From the NCBI RefSeq assembly GCF_018977255.1, contig NW_024704743.1, positions 49,974,001 to 50,038,000 of the forward strand: DNA of 64,000 nt, given 5' to 3'. The stretch is from Callorhinchus milii (lineage: Eukaryota). Below the pieces are notes generated by a model. The model was not told where the DNA came from and did not search any database. It saw nothing but the letters and a program-made list of their open reading frames with translations. This document shows, piece after piece, positions 40,962 to 52,610 of this stretch. How positions within the stretch are numbered: position 1 is the stretch's first letter; the number at the start of each line of letters is the position of its first letter. The translations under genes were made by a program, and so were the position numbers.

Positions 40962-41385
40962 TAGAATCATGAAATTTATAGCACAAAAGGAAGTCATTTG
41001 ACCCATCAAGTCTGCCTCAGTTCTCAGAGTAAATTAGCCTTTCAATCCCATTGTGCTGCCCTATCCTCATACTCTTTCAAACTCCTAATTTACATATATC
41101 TGTCTACTTCCCTCTTGAAGCTCACAATGAACTCTGACTCTGCTACCTTACTTGCGTGAAAAAAAATCTCCCAAACTCTCCTTTGGCTCTTCTTATAACT
41201 ATCTTTCATTCCCTAGTCATTGACTTCTCTTCCCGTAGAAACAGTTTCTCCCTATTTACTCTGTCAAAGTCCTTCAGCATTTTGGACAAGTCTATCGATT
41301 CCCTCTCAACCTTCTCTATTCCAGACAACAGACTCAGCTTCTCCGATCTCTTAGAAGTATAGCCTCTCATTCACGGTATCATCCT
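40962..41385 (-). mobile_element. Old CR1 3' fragment
   Basis: tagaatcatgaaatttatagcacaaaagg...gaaacagtttctccctattt; similar to 43322-43760. Other old CR1 ends lie at ~17235-17510 and ~62938-63110. Confidence 0.75.
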
Positions 41386-43870
41386 ATATTTTACTAACAA
41401 AAGCAGTAACGTATAACAAATAATTCTTGCATTTGATAAATCGCCTAATCACATCGTTCAGACATCTCAAAGTGCATCACAGGATTTTACTGCATAGTGT
41501 AGCATACTTTGCAGGCAAACGTCGCTGCCAATTTGCACACAGCAATGTCCTACAAACAGCCATCAGGCATTGCTTATTTCTGCAAAGAAATAAAATAATA
41601 TTGTCTTTTTAAAAGTTTATTTATCTCATTTTTTTAAAAAATTGTAATTAGGTTATCACATGATCTTAAAATATTTAGGCATCTTCTCACAAATATCTAG
41701 TACCATATTGTTATAATAAAAGCAGAAACACTGACTTTGCTTATGAAATCTGAAATATAACCTGCATTCACAAACAGGCTGGCAAGTAGGTATCTAGATT
41801 GACAAGCTATGTCCTGACTAACATCCTAGTTAATGACCTGTTGTGTTAAATCTTGATTTCAAATGGATTGGTGGTTACCTTCAGCAACTACAAAACATTA
41901 GTGTCAAAAGCCTGGGATATAACAGAAAAAGGATGGTAGGTGTACATCAGGATCATGTCAACATATTTAAGAGGAAAATTGATGTACCTATGAGGAAAGG
42001 AAGCTCATGTGGGGCATAAGGACCTGCATGGAGTATATGGTCTGTTTCTGTGCTGTAACCTTCTAAATAATTAAATAACATGTTTAGAATCATCCTACCT
42101 GTAGGGCTTTGGTTTGCTGAGTTTTGGACATCTCTGAGTATCTAAGTGGCAGTGGTGAGTCAGACAATCTGGCAACAACTAGCATTAGGCCTAGCCTTTC
42201 ATGATTCCAGACCTGCTAGCTTTGCCAGGTGTTTCTAGATCTATTTCCTCAGAGCCAGTTTCGCTCCAAGAAGGATAATTTCAACCCAGGTCTTGATTTA
42301 CTTTATTTATATTGCATTTTAGTACATCCAGAATTTGGCAAATTTCTAAATGCTTTGGAAGCCGCTTTTCTACGAGTAGGATTTGGGAAATGCAGAAAAA
42401 AAATGACTTCAGACTTAATTGAATAATACTGCTTGCAATTACTCAGGAGCACATTCTAAATATGGTTCTCACTATAGAAAGTATTGTTCTGGCTTTGCTT
42501 CGAATATTTATCTAATCTGATCTTCAAAACCCCTCCCAAATAATAACCCAGCTTCAGGACAGAAGGATTTGAGATTCCAGTAAAACAGTAATAGGAGCAG
42601 AAAATCAGAGTTATGCTACTCACTGCAATTCTCTTTCACTTGGCCTGAGGCCAAGGAAAGTAAAAGTACTTACACAGAGCTCTGTGCGCCAGTTCTACCT
42701 ACACAAAACTCTGTGACCCAATGATGCTTGTTCAATTCAGTGCAGTCAGCACCTTGGGATGTCCTCCCAACGTGAAAGGCGCTATATAAATGCAATTAGT
42801 TGTTGTTACATAGAGCTCTGCTACCAAGTGATCTTTTTTAAATATTATTAATTGATTACACTTTGTGTCTTTCATGTAGGATGCAGCTTTGAGTCAAAAC
42901 CAATGCAAGGTGGGAAGGTGGTGAAGTTTGAGATTAGCCAAAATCACAGACAATAAGGTATGTTTTAACAGGCTTTTGAAGGCTGGGAGAGAAGGCACAG
43001 ATCCCAGAATGGGTGGTTAACGAACCCAGAGTGTGGCAACCCATCCTTTGCCCATCCAGCATTGTCAAATACTTTGAAATGTCCTCTCAATGTGAGGAGT
43101 ATGAGCGTAAATGGAATTGAATTGTATTGTAAACTCTTAAATAACAATTAATCACCCTGGGGATATATTCCAGCACTGATCTAATTTGAAAATGATTTCT
43201 TGGAGCTGGTTTCAAGAGCAGAATTCAAAGCAAAAATCCATTAATTGCAGGTGAAACCAGAATTATAAATGTTTAGCCAACAAGGAAACAACATTAAATG
43301 AACCAAATCGTACACTGTTACATCATAGAATTTCACAGCACAGAAGGAGTCCATTCGGACCATCATGCCTGTGCCGGCTCTTTGAAAGAGCTATCCTATC
43401 AGTCCCACTCCCGCACTCTTGCCCCATAACTTTGCAAATATTTCCTTTTTAAGTACCTATCCAATTCCCTTTCGAAAGCTATTATCGAATCTGTTTCAGG
43501 TAGTGCATTCCAGACCATAATGACTCTCTGGGTAAAAAAAATTCTCCCGACCGCCCCTCTGGTTCCTTTAATAATAATAATAACTTTGTCAGTTATCTTA
43601 AATCTGTGTCCTCTAGTTACTGACCCACCAGCCAGAGGAAAACAGTTTCTCCCTATCTATTCTATCATAATTTTGAACATCTCTATTAAATCTCCCCTCA
43701 ACCTTCTCTAAGGAGAACAATCCCAGCCTCTTTACATAACTGTAGTTCCTGATCCCTGATAACATTCTTGTAAACCTCCTCTGCACCCTCTCCTAGGCAC
43801 TGACATCCTTCCTAAAGTATGGTGCCCAGAATTGGACATAGTACTCCAGCTGAGGCCTAGCCAGAGATTT

Positions 43871-44184
43871 GGAGTCCTGTAGCTCAGTGGTTAGAGCACT
43901 CGCTTTGCAAGCGAGAGACCTGAGTTCAATTCCAGGCAGGGAGAAACCTTGGGCAAGTTTCCTTACTCCACACGCCTAATAATAATCCCTCCAAAACCAA
44001 AAACAATAATAAATTGGTCATTTTCAATCTACGACTGTTTGTGGGACATTGCTGTGCGCAATTGGCTGCCACGTTCGCCCACAAGTATACAGTCAATTCA
44101 CTTTACAGTGTTCTGTGAAGCGCTTTGGAACGTCCTCCCGACATGAAAAGCGCTATATCAAATGCAAGGATTATTATTATTATT
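43871..44184 (+). mobile_element. Composite SINE, short subfamily, full length, inserted in CR1
   Basis: Near-identical to the reverse complement of 283-589. Confidence 0.95.
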
Positions 44185-44534
44185 TGTAAAAGTTCAACAC
44201 AACTTCCTTGTTTTTATACTCTATGCCTCTATTTATAAAGCCAGGAATCCCATATGCTTCATTTACTGCTTTGTCAACTTGTCTTACCATCTTCAAAGAT
44301 TTGTGTATGTGAACTCCTAGGTCCTAAACTCTGTTCCTGCACCCCCTTTAAAATTGTACCATTTATCGTGTATTGCCTCCCCTCATTCCTTCTCCCCAAA
44401 TCACTTCACACTTCTCTGCATTAAATTCCATCTGCCATGTGTTGCCCATTTCACCAGCCTGTCTATGTCCTCAAAAACAGAAGTCGCTGGGAACGCTCAG
44501 CAGGTCAGGCAGCATCTATGGAGACAGGAAAGTG

Positions 44535-44571
44535 AGTCAACATTTGAGGTCCACGACCCTTCGTCAGAACT
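44535..44571 (-). ncRNA. Minimal hammerhead ribozyme motif of PLE (degenerate: GAAA>CAAA)
   Basis: Minus strand reads AGTT-CTGACGA-A-GGGTC-GTG-GACCT-CAAA-TGTT-GACT. Stem I (AGTT/GACT) and stem II are present and the catalytic G is substituted. Confidence 0.65.
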
Positions 44572-44870
44572 GGGGCACATTGGGAGGGAGAGGCTTTTAA
44601 GAGCTAACAGAGAGAGGGGGAGGCAGGGCAAGGAAGACAAAGGAGAAAATGGGGTAGAGGGCAGGGGATGTTGAGTTAAAGAGTGTTAATGATGCAAAAC
44701 AAAGGGGGGGTTCAACAAAGCAGGGGCATAGATGTGTTAATACTGCAGAACAAAAAGGGGGGGAAAAAGAACTTGCAACAAAAAAGGCAGATCAGGGAGA
44801 GAAAAGGTGTGTCTAGGACCAAAATTATGTGGGAATAGCCACAGAAGAGGGGGAGGGGGAAGGTGAGCTG

Positions 44871-44975
44871 TTATGGTCTGAAATTATTGAAATCAATATT
44901 GAGGCCAGAGGGCTGTAAGGTCCCTAGCATGATGAGGTGCTGTTCCTCGAGCTTGCGCTGTGGCTCATTGGAACA
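44871..44975 (-). pseudogene. C-terminal fragment of PLE GIY-YIG endonuclease
   Basis: Translates CSNEPQRKLEEQHLIMLGTLQPSGLNIDFNNFRP*, matching the R-x-x-x-E-x-x-x-I...L-x-T-L-x-P-x-G-L-N end of Penelope-type endonucleases. Confidence 0.85.
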
Positions 44976-45322
44976 GCATAGGAGACATGGATGGAGAGGT
45001 CAGACTGCGAGTGGGAGGGCAATTTCAACAATTTCAGACCATAACAGCTCACCTTCCCCCTCCCACTCTTCTGTGACTATTCTCACATCATCTTGGTCCC
45101 AGACACACATTTTCTCTCCCTGATCTGCCTTTTTTGTTGCAAGTTCTTTTCCCTCCCCTTCTTGTTCTGCAGTATTAACACCTCTATTCCCCTGCTTTGT
45201 TGCAATCCCCCCTTTGTTTTGCATCATCCCCTGACCTCTATCCCATTTTCTGTTTTGTCTTCCTGGCCCTGCCTCCCCCCTCTCTGTTTGCCCTTAAAAG
45301 CCTCTCCCTTCCAACATGCGCC

Positions 45323-45352
45323 AGTTCTGATGAAGGGTCGTGGACCTGAAAC
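45323..45352 (+). ncRNA. Minimal hammerhead ribozyme motif of PLE (degenerate: cleavage-site arm deleted)
   Basis: AGTT-CTGATGA-A-GGGTC-GTG-GACCT-GAAAC. Core boxes and stem II are intact, but the sequence after GAAAC lacks the GTTGACT segment seen in the other arm. Confidence 0.7.
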
Positions 45353-47532
45353 TTTCCTTTCTCCATAGATGTTGCCTGACCTGCTGAGTGTTCCCAGCGA
45401 CTTCTGTTTTTGTTTTCAGATTTTCAGCATCTGCAATATTTTGTGTTTTGTCTATGTCCTCCTCCAATCTGCTACTATCCTCCTTCCTTCCCTGGCTCGG
45501 GGTCAGACTCAAGCCACTGTTAAGCACTCTGGGACGCTATATGTGTGAGGCATGCTATATAAATGCAAGATGTGGTTATTGTTGTTGTTGTAGTTACTTT
45601 TATGGGCGCAGAAGAGAAAATAACTCAATCAATGCTCTCTTTCTACTGCACGTTTGGTGGAATTTCTGTGATTACACTGTGCATTGCTGTTTAATTCTTT
45701 GATGCTTTTAACATCAGGCTTGCTGGTAATGGATCAAAACTTAATTATGTCAAACTGTACAAAATAAAGCTTGCAGTCTTAGGCATCGACTGTGCAACGT
45801 CTCAATAAAGGTTTACATGAGTCAGTGTGATGCCTTTTATCCGCCTGGTGACATATGTAAATTGCGCTTGATAACAAAATAAGCACATAATTGGCCTTGG
45901 CACAAAATGCAGTCATTTGACACTGCTGTACAGTAGCTTCAATGTTTCAGCTTCTCTTCAATCTTTTTTTCTCTCGAGGTTTATCGCCTGCTTAGTGCAC
46001 GACTTATTTTGAAATGATACTAATACCGAAGGAATAAAGTGAGCTAAACAACAGATCAGATTACCTAATTGTTGGTGCTGACCTGAGCAAATTTGTTGCT
46101 GTTGGCTAAGAGTTATTCTCCTCTGCTCAGCTAACTTTATTAATACGTCACTCTGCACCAACAAATAAAATACAATCTAATGAGTGTGATGCAGTATAAA
46201 TGTATAATGTGCTTCAATTTGATATTTGTAATGCTATTTTATACATTCGAATTGCATTTGTTTTTTTCCTGGAACAAAACTGCAAGATTCATCAAATAAA
46301 ATCGAAGGAGAGTGCTCAGCCCACAGCACTGAATTAATTACACAGACCGCACAGAGTAGAATGACCTCCAGTACGCTAGTAAAGAAGGGTAAAGTTGACC
46401 TTCAATGTAGTTCAGTGTCACAAAGCTGTGAGAGAAATCCGAACTAAAACCCTTGAAGCAAACAGCAGGTCTTGCTCCATTCATTCTCCAAGTTTTCCTT
46501 TTCATTGAACTAATTCAATGACCTCAATACCAATTCCATTATTTTTTTCCACTTGTTGAGTTGAAAGTCTGCTGGTTGAGAAGGAAGCTTGTTACCAGCC
46601 CCTTGTGGCTTTGTCACCAGCTGGGGAGCTCATGTACATCACACCAATTCATGAGATCTTGGCTCTGACGTCCAAGGTGATCTCAGGCTTAAAGCGAGGT
46701 CTCATACACCAATGTGACCTGCATGGAGATCCCTGCTGAAGAGCAGTTAACGTCATAAGCACATTTTCCAGCATTAAGGCACCAGTTGTGCAAGCTTTTC
46801 AGTTTTGTTATTTCCTTCTCTAAAACATTATTTCTAAGCTAACACTGCATCTAACCATATGCTTAGTGGTGAATCACCATTATTATTATCGTAATCCTTG
46901 CACTTAATATAACACATTTCATATCTGGAGAACATCTGAAAAGGATTTCACAGCATTTACTGTAATGTGTAGTGACACTACTTTGGACCCAGTTTGCGCA
47001 TAGCAATGTGTCACAAACATTTTATAGATTTAGGTTTGCGCATAGCAAACCATTTTACCTACAGGAGAAAAGGAGAAAGGTTCACTGAAAAAAAGATATA
47101 CTAATTAAGTGTTTTAAGTAGAAAATGTTTATACAAACCATACAAATGTCATTTAAAATGTTAAGAATTTATCTAGCACTGTTAATGCCAGGAGGAAGCG
47201 TTAAAGTGCTGGCTACCGCAGCTGGGGAGTGGGGAGCTGAGGAGGGTGGAGGGAGGGGAAATATAAGGAAAAAGCGCAGTCAAATGAGCTAAATCTTGAG
47301 GTGGGCTTTGAAAGTGAGGAAGGAATGGGACAAATCAAAAGGATTCTGGGATGGAGTTCCAGAGAATGGGGGTAGAATGGCTGAAAGCCCGACCGCCAAT
47401 GGGTTTAATCTAAAAAGTTGAAAAATAAGTATTATTGACTCTTTCGAAATAAAAATGAAATGATTTTTATCAAGTGAGAAGTGATTTCTAGATGCAAAAC
47501 TGTCGACTGCATGATACAAAACTAAAATATTT

Positions 47533-47897
47533 ATAATAATAATCCTTGCATTTGATATAGCGCCTTATTATGTCATTGAGATTTCTCAAAGCGCTTCACA
47601 GAATATATTGTAAAGTGAATTGATTGTATATATATTTTGTCGGCAAAATGCAGCAGCCAATTGCACGCAGTAACCAATTGCACACAGCAGTGTTTCACAA
47701 GCAGTCATGGATTGAGTGACCACATTTTTGCTTGTTTTTGGACAATCGATACGCTAATCACTAACTACCAGGTTTCTACTTACTGCTGGGTAAACATGGG
47801 CATGTGGAATAAGGAAACTTGCCTAAGGTTTTGCCCCAACCTGGAATTTAACCTGGGTCCTCTCCCTTGCAAGGTGAGCGCCCTAACCACTAAGCTA
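47533..47897 (-). mobile_element. Composite SINE, long subfamily
   Basis: Similarity to 55725-56102. Confidence 0.85.
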
Positions 47898-49200
47898 TTA
47901 TAATAATAATAATAATAATAAAACATCCTAATGGATATAAAAATAAAGAAACAAATAGCAAGAAATTCAGATAACACAACAAAGAACAAGATGTTATTAT
48001 TCAAATGCTGGTAATAATGCCAAGTCAATGGCAACAGATATAAAGAAACACTTGCAAAACACAATTATTATAAAATCTATTCAACATTATTGTAAAATTA
48101 TTTAGAGCCTAAATAAACACAGGTTTCTAAAACAAAACTGATATTAATTTAGCATCAATTGGGCAATCTCCCTGGAAAGCCATAATGTTTTTTTTAATGT
48201 GGGAATAATATCTTACAGCACTGTAGTGTTTGGAGACTAAAATATGGAACCAAGAACATAAAGACCCTTTGATCAGCAAAGTCTTCCCCTCCTCTGATGA
48301 AGGTCCAGGTCAACAAATGTTGGCCAAGTTTAAGCAGTGAGTGCCAGCAGGCTATTAAACTGGAGGGAGCACTTCAACAAAGCTAAATCATCATCACATA
48401 TACATAAACACACAAAATGCACAAATAGTTTCCACTAAAATAAATCTAACAAATAATCTTTGTATTTCATATAGAAGCTTTCACATCAGGAGGACATCTG
48501 AAAGCACTTCACAGGATATAATGTAAAGTGTAGTCACTGTGTATTTTGTAGGCAAACGCAGTATCCCATTTGCACACAGTAAAGTCCATAAACAGCCATC
48601 AAATGAATGACCAGTTTTATGCATTAGTAAATAACTAAGAGAAGGAATCAGGGGAGAGCTAAATCTTAATATGCAAGTAAGTTTGTTTACCAGGCAATTT
48701 ATTACGATTTACATGTTCTGGTTATATTAACAATCTTAACTGTAATGGAGTCCTTAGTCATGAGCTTTAAGCTTTAAAATATACCCTCACCATATGACTT
48801 CACCTGCAATAATTCAGCACAGTAACTTTCAAAACCACCAGTATTTGTAATTTATCAGAAGCTATTGCATTAATGGCAGGCTTCTCATGAGTAATTGCCT
48901 TTTTTAAAATAACGTAAAGCTCCACATGGAAATGGACCTTCTGTAATTGCTGAGTGGTGCGGAAAAGATTACCTTAGGTTACTTTTCCTTAGAGAACTTT
49001 ACTCTTTGCAACAGAACAGACCAAACAACATTTCCTCATTCTGTTACACAGAAGACTTAATCTCCCATTACTGTACTGTGCCATGCTGCAGGAAGGCAAC
49101 GGTCACACCCAGAAAACAAAACTTGCACAACAATTGAAAAGAAACCTCTGTTTTACATCCATCTTCTCCAGACACTCCTTCCCTTTTCATTAACCTCCAG

Positions 49201-49226
49201 CTAATACTAATACTAATACTAATACT
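49201..49226. repeat. (CTAATA)4 microsatellite
   Basis: ctaatactaatactaatactaatact. Confidence 0.85.
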
Positions 49227-49724
49227 GGTGCTGAATTATCACTGGAACTCCAGTCAAGCCTGATTGGAGTCCAACCTGTTAGCTCCCTTTACGCAGAGGT
49301 TGAGCGCCAATAACCATAAAACGAAGTGACAAGAGGTTATCCCTGGTCACGTGTGTATTATTTTGTCTTTCTTGTAGTTTATCTAAATTTAATGTCTATT
49401 TTCTTGATTTCAGTTGCTTTTACAAACTTTTACTTTCAGCGCCTTGGGACGTCCTCCCGACGTGAAAGGCGCTATACAAATGTAATCTTGTTGTTGTTGT
49501 TTACATGTTCAAAGCAACAATGTTGTCTTCAATAGTATTAACCAATAAAGCACAGCTAATGATTGAAGCTTTGAAATCAGTTCAGAATGTCACCGATGCT
49601 TTCTAATCACCATTTTGCACGGTATGTATCTTTGCTGTCTTCCATCATCAAACAAGTCCAAGGTGCTGTCCTTGACATGAGACACTAACCCAACATCCTG
49701 TCTGCCTCTTCTGGTGAATATAAA

Positions 49725-50105
49725 GGAGTCCTGCAGCAGATTGGTCAGAGCACTCGCCTCGCAAGCGAGAGGGCCCAGGTTTGATTCTTTGGTAGAGTGA
49801 AACCTTAGCCAAGTGTTCTGGCTCCACGCCCCTCTGTTTACCTAGCAGTAAGTAGGAACCCGGTTGTTAGTCCAATTGGCAGATACAGGGGTAAAAATCC
49901 CTTCAAAAAAAGAAATAATAAATAAATAAATTGGTTACTCAATCCACTGCTATTTTTGGGATACTGCTATGTACGATTGACTGCCATGTTTTGCCCACAA
50001 AATGTAGTCAATTCAGTTTACAGTATATTCTGTGAAGCGCTTTGAGACGTCTCAGTGATGTGATGAGGTGCTATATCAAATTGCAAGAATTATTAATTTT
50101 ATTAT
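49725..50105 (+). mobile_element. Composite SINE, long subfamily, nested in a DeuSINE (~49655-50345)
   Basis: Full head to tail; Deu sequence is interrupted and resumes after it. Confidence 0.87.
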
Positions 50106-50682
50106 AGAGTTTCCCTGGCACTATGCAAAAAGAGGATTTCCTCCTGATGACTTGAGCAATAATCCCCCAGATAAAATTGGTCATGGCTTTTTGTGAGACA
50201 TTGATCTATGCAAATCGGCTTTCGCAATCACCTACAAAATACACACAGTCACTACACTCTACAATAAATGATTTGAAGCATTTTCAGATGTTTCAATAAT
50301 GTAGTATGGTGTTTAATCAAATGTAAGCAGTATTCTTTTCGTTATAATTTTAAGTCCACATTTGCCCATTTGTAGGTGGAGGTTCATTAATGAGGAAAAC
50401 ACAGGGCACAAAGAGAATCTAAAATGAATCCCCTATCTCTACATTTCAGGATGGAGACATAAGAGAATATAAAATGGAAACTTCAATGTGGTCCAAAGGT
50501 TTTACTGTAATGCAATTTGAATCCATGATTGCTTTGTACTCACTTACATTAATATTGAATTGATGACTGAAGCAGAATTATTATTGAATAAATTACATTC
50601 CACGATGTTTTGATGCAATTATATACAACAACAACTTGCAGTTATATTGTGCCCTCCACACAGGATAGAGTCTCAGGGCGCT

Positions 50683-50737
50683 TAAATCTGCAGGAATATA
50701 AATGTATGCAGGAATATAAATATAAATCTGCAGGAAT
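50683..50737. repeat. Short imperfect tandem repeat (about 3 units of aaatctgcaggaatat)
   Basis: tgcaggaat occurs three times in 55 bp. Confidence 0.7.
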
Positions 50738-52389
50738 CGTTCGGGTGGAAATTTAGGAAATCATTTTAATACTAAACGTGTTATCAGAGAAACATGAGAA
50801 TATTTTTTATATGTTCAAACTTAGGAAATAATTTTTGAAACAAATTTTGTTTTGAATGTATTTCAAATTGTGTCCATTGTGACATGTAGAATGCAAAGCT
50901 ATTTTTATCTTTATAGAAAGCAATCAAAATGTTAAGCTTGTATAGAAATGGAAAATGCCTGTAACATATAATAAATATTTGTTCTTGTGAGGCTTGTCTT
51001 AGTAATCTGGGAATTCAATGGTCTTAGCCCTTTTCTATGAAGATATGCATTAGATCTTAAATCCTCATTCCCCAGCTATAGTTTTTTCATTGCAAAGATT
51101 TTATGATTTATTATCTTCTGTTGTAAAGCACATCAACATGTAAACATGGGGCAATTTATCACCACGATTTCTAGATGAAAAATATTGGGCTCTAAACATG
51201 TGTTTCTCTGACGTATGAGGTATTAGCTATCTTGCAAAAGATGCTGACCATCTTTTAGATTTTCATATCGAATTGTTTTTTTCTCTATCGACAATTTTAA
51301 TTCCTCCATTTTCTTCTCCCTCCTTCTCCCCCTAATAATCCTTACATTTGGTGTAACATCATTCACATTGGAAGGATGTCCCAAAGTGCTTCAGAGTGAC
51401 TTTGTATTTTGTGAGTGAAGTGAAAATACACCCAGATTGGAAAATAGATATTAAAACATCAATCTTCTAAAATTAAATGACTGAAACACATAATTGACCC
51501 TGACACTACACATTTTTAATATATTTCTTTTAAAAAGACCCTATGTAGGTCTACATGCAGGAGCTTTGATTCTGTTTCCTGCACTGTGTCCAGTTAGCTG
51601 ATTTCCCTCCAATACCTTTCTCCAATGGCTATTAGTCAAGTGTGAGCCTTGACAGTAAATGTTAGCAGGCTATTTGGCCAGAGTGAACGTCAAAGACAAT
51701 CCTAATCTGATCCGATTTTCACCAGACATCCACACAAGCGCATCTGCCAGCAGGGGCCCTGGAGAGCAATCAGGAAAAGAACAGAGGTGTATGTTTTAGT
51801 TTGATTGAACAGAAATCATACATATGCGGAACTTTCAGAGCTTTAAGCACAGTGATGATTTTCTGTGGGTATCAGATAGCAGGCTGCCCAGTCCAAAAAA
51901 TTATGGGATTTGCACTCTCCCCTGGTGATCATGAGATAGAGTGGGTGGCTGGAGACCATGATCCGGGAGGTTTTGAATGTGCAAGAGTGAGTTTAAATTA
52001 TCTGTTTTCTCGTTCCATACTTTCTTGCTCTCTTATTACCTTAGCAACAAATTGCTGATGTGGGAGAAAATGACTATCAAGCCATGCATTTCCACACATG
52101 CTCAGGGGCTTTAAGAAATTTATTTTCCAAAGCGATAAGAGTGTACACAAACTCTATAGATGGGAAGAAATGTAATGTTACGTTGCCTGCAATGAAAACT
52201 AATAGTTCAAATTATGCAGATTGTAACCAGCCAATCTTTATCAAACTGGTAATACAGGAATTGTTCAACAAAATGTTTCTCTGTAAGATTTGCCAGTGAG
52301 AGCAAAGATCTATTATGGTCTTGCTTGTTTTTTAAAAATATATTGTGTCCCATTAATTTGTTAACTCCCATCCCCTCCATTGCCAGACC

Positions 52390-52610
52390 ACCTTTCCTCC
52401 TGGTCCCCAGTGTCCTCATGCTAGGCTGTGGTTCTGCAGGAGCTGGCTGCTCTCCAGCACCCAAATGTTCATGTGTGACCCTTGGCTGTGAGTGCCACAG
52501 GCCATCCAACACAGCAATGCCTACCTCTCCTCATCCAGCCACCACACACACTACCAATGGATGGTGCTGAACAGGGACAAGGAGCAGGAAACCTGGCTGA
52601 TTTGAACCGC
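52390..52610 (-). mobile_element. Ancient SINE relic (AmnSINE2-like)
   Basis: ttcatgtgtga...tgagtgcc...aggagcaggaaacctggctgattt. Confidence 0.5.

Larger units (their letters stand above)
44473..45448. mobile_element. Penelope-like element (PLE) insertion with inverted pseudo-LTR arrangement
   Basis: Inverted arms ~44473-44893 and ~45022-45411. Exact 13-bp TSD tgtctatgtcctc at 44460-44472 and 45449-45461. GIY-YIG C-terminus in the spacer and a hammerhead-like motif in each arm. Inserted within a CR1 RT fragment. Confidence 0.9.
43322..45481 (-). mobile_element. CR1 LINE 3' fragment, interrupted by a SINE (43871-44184) and the PLE (44473-45448)
   Basis: CR1 3' end (catagaatttcacagcacagaagg...ccattcgg). 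Removing the PLE restores the RT peptide DSSRLEEDIDRLVKWA..WQMEFNAEKCEVI. Confidence 0.88.

Noticed and set aside
43871..43945. tRNA-Ala(TGC) gene (and similar heads elsewhere)
   Set aside because: SINE head: it runs into the CORE/Deu body with no proper acceptor stem or terminator.
48294..48325. ctgatgaagg as another hammerhead
   Set aside because: No stem II closed by GAAA and no PLE context.
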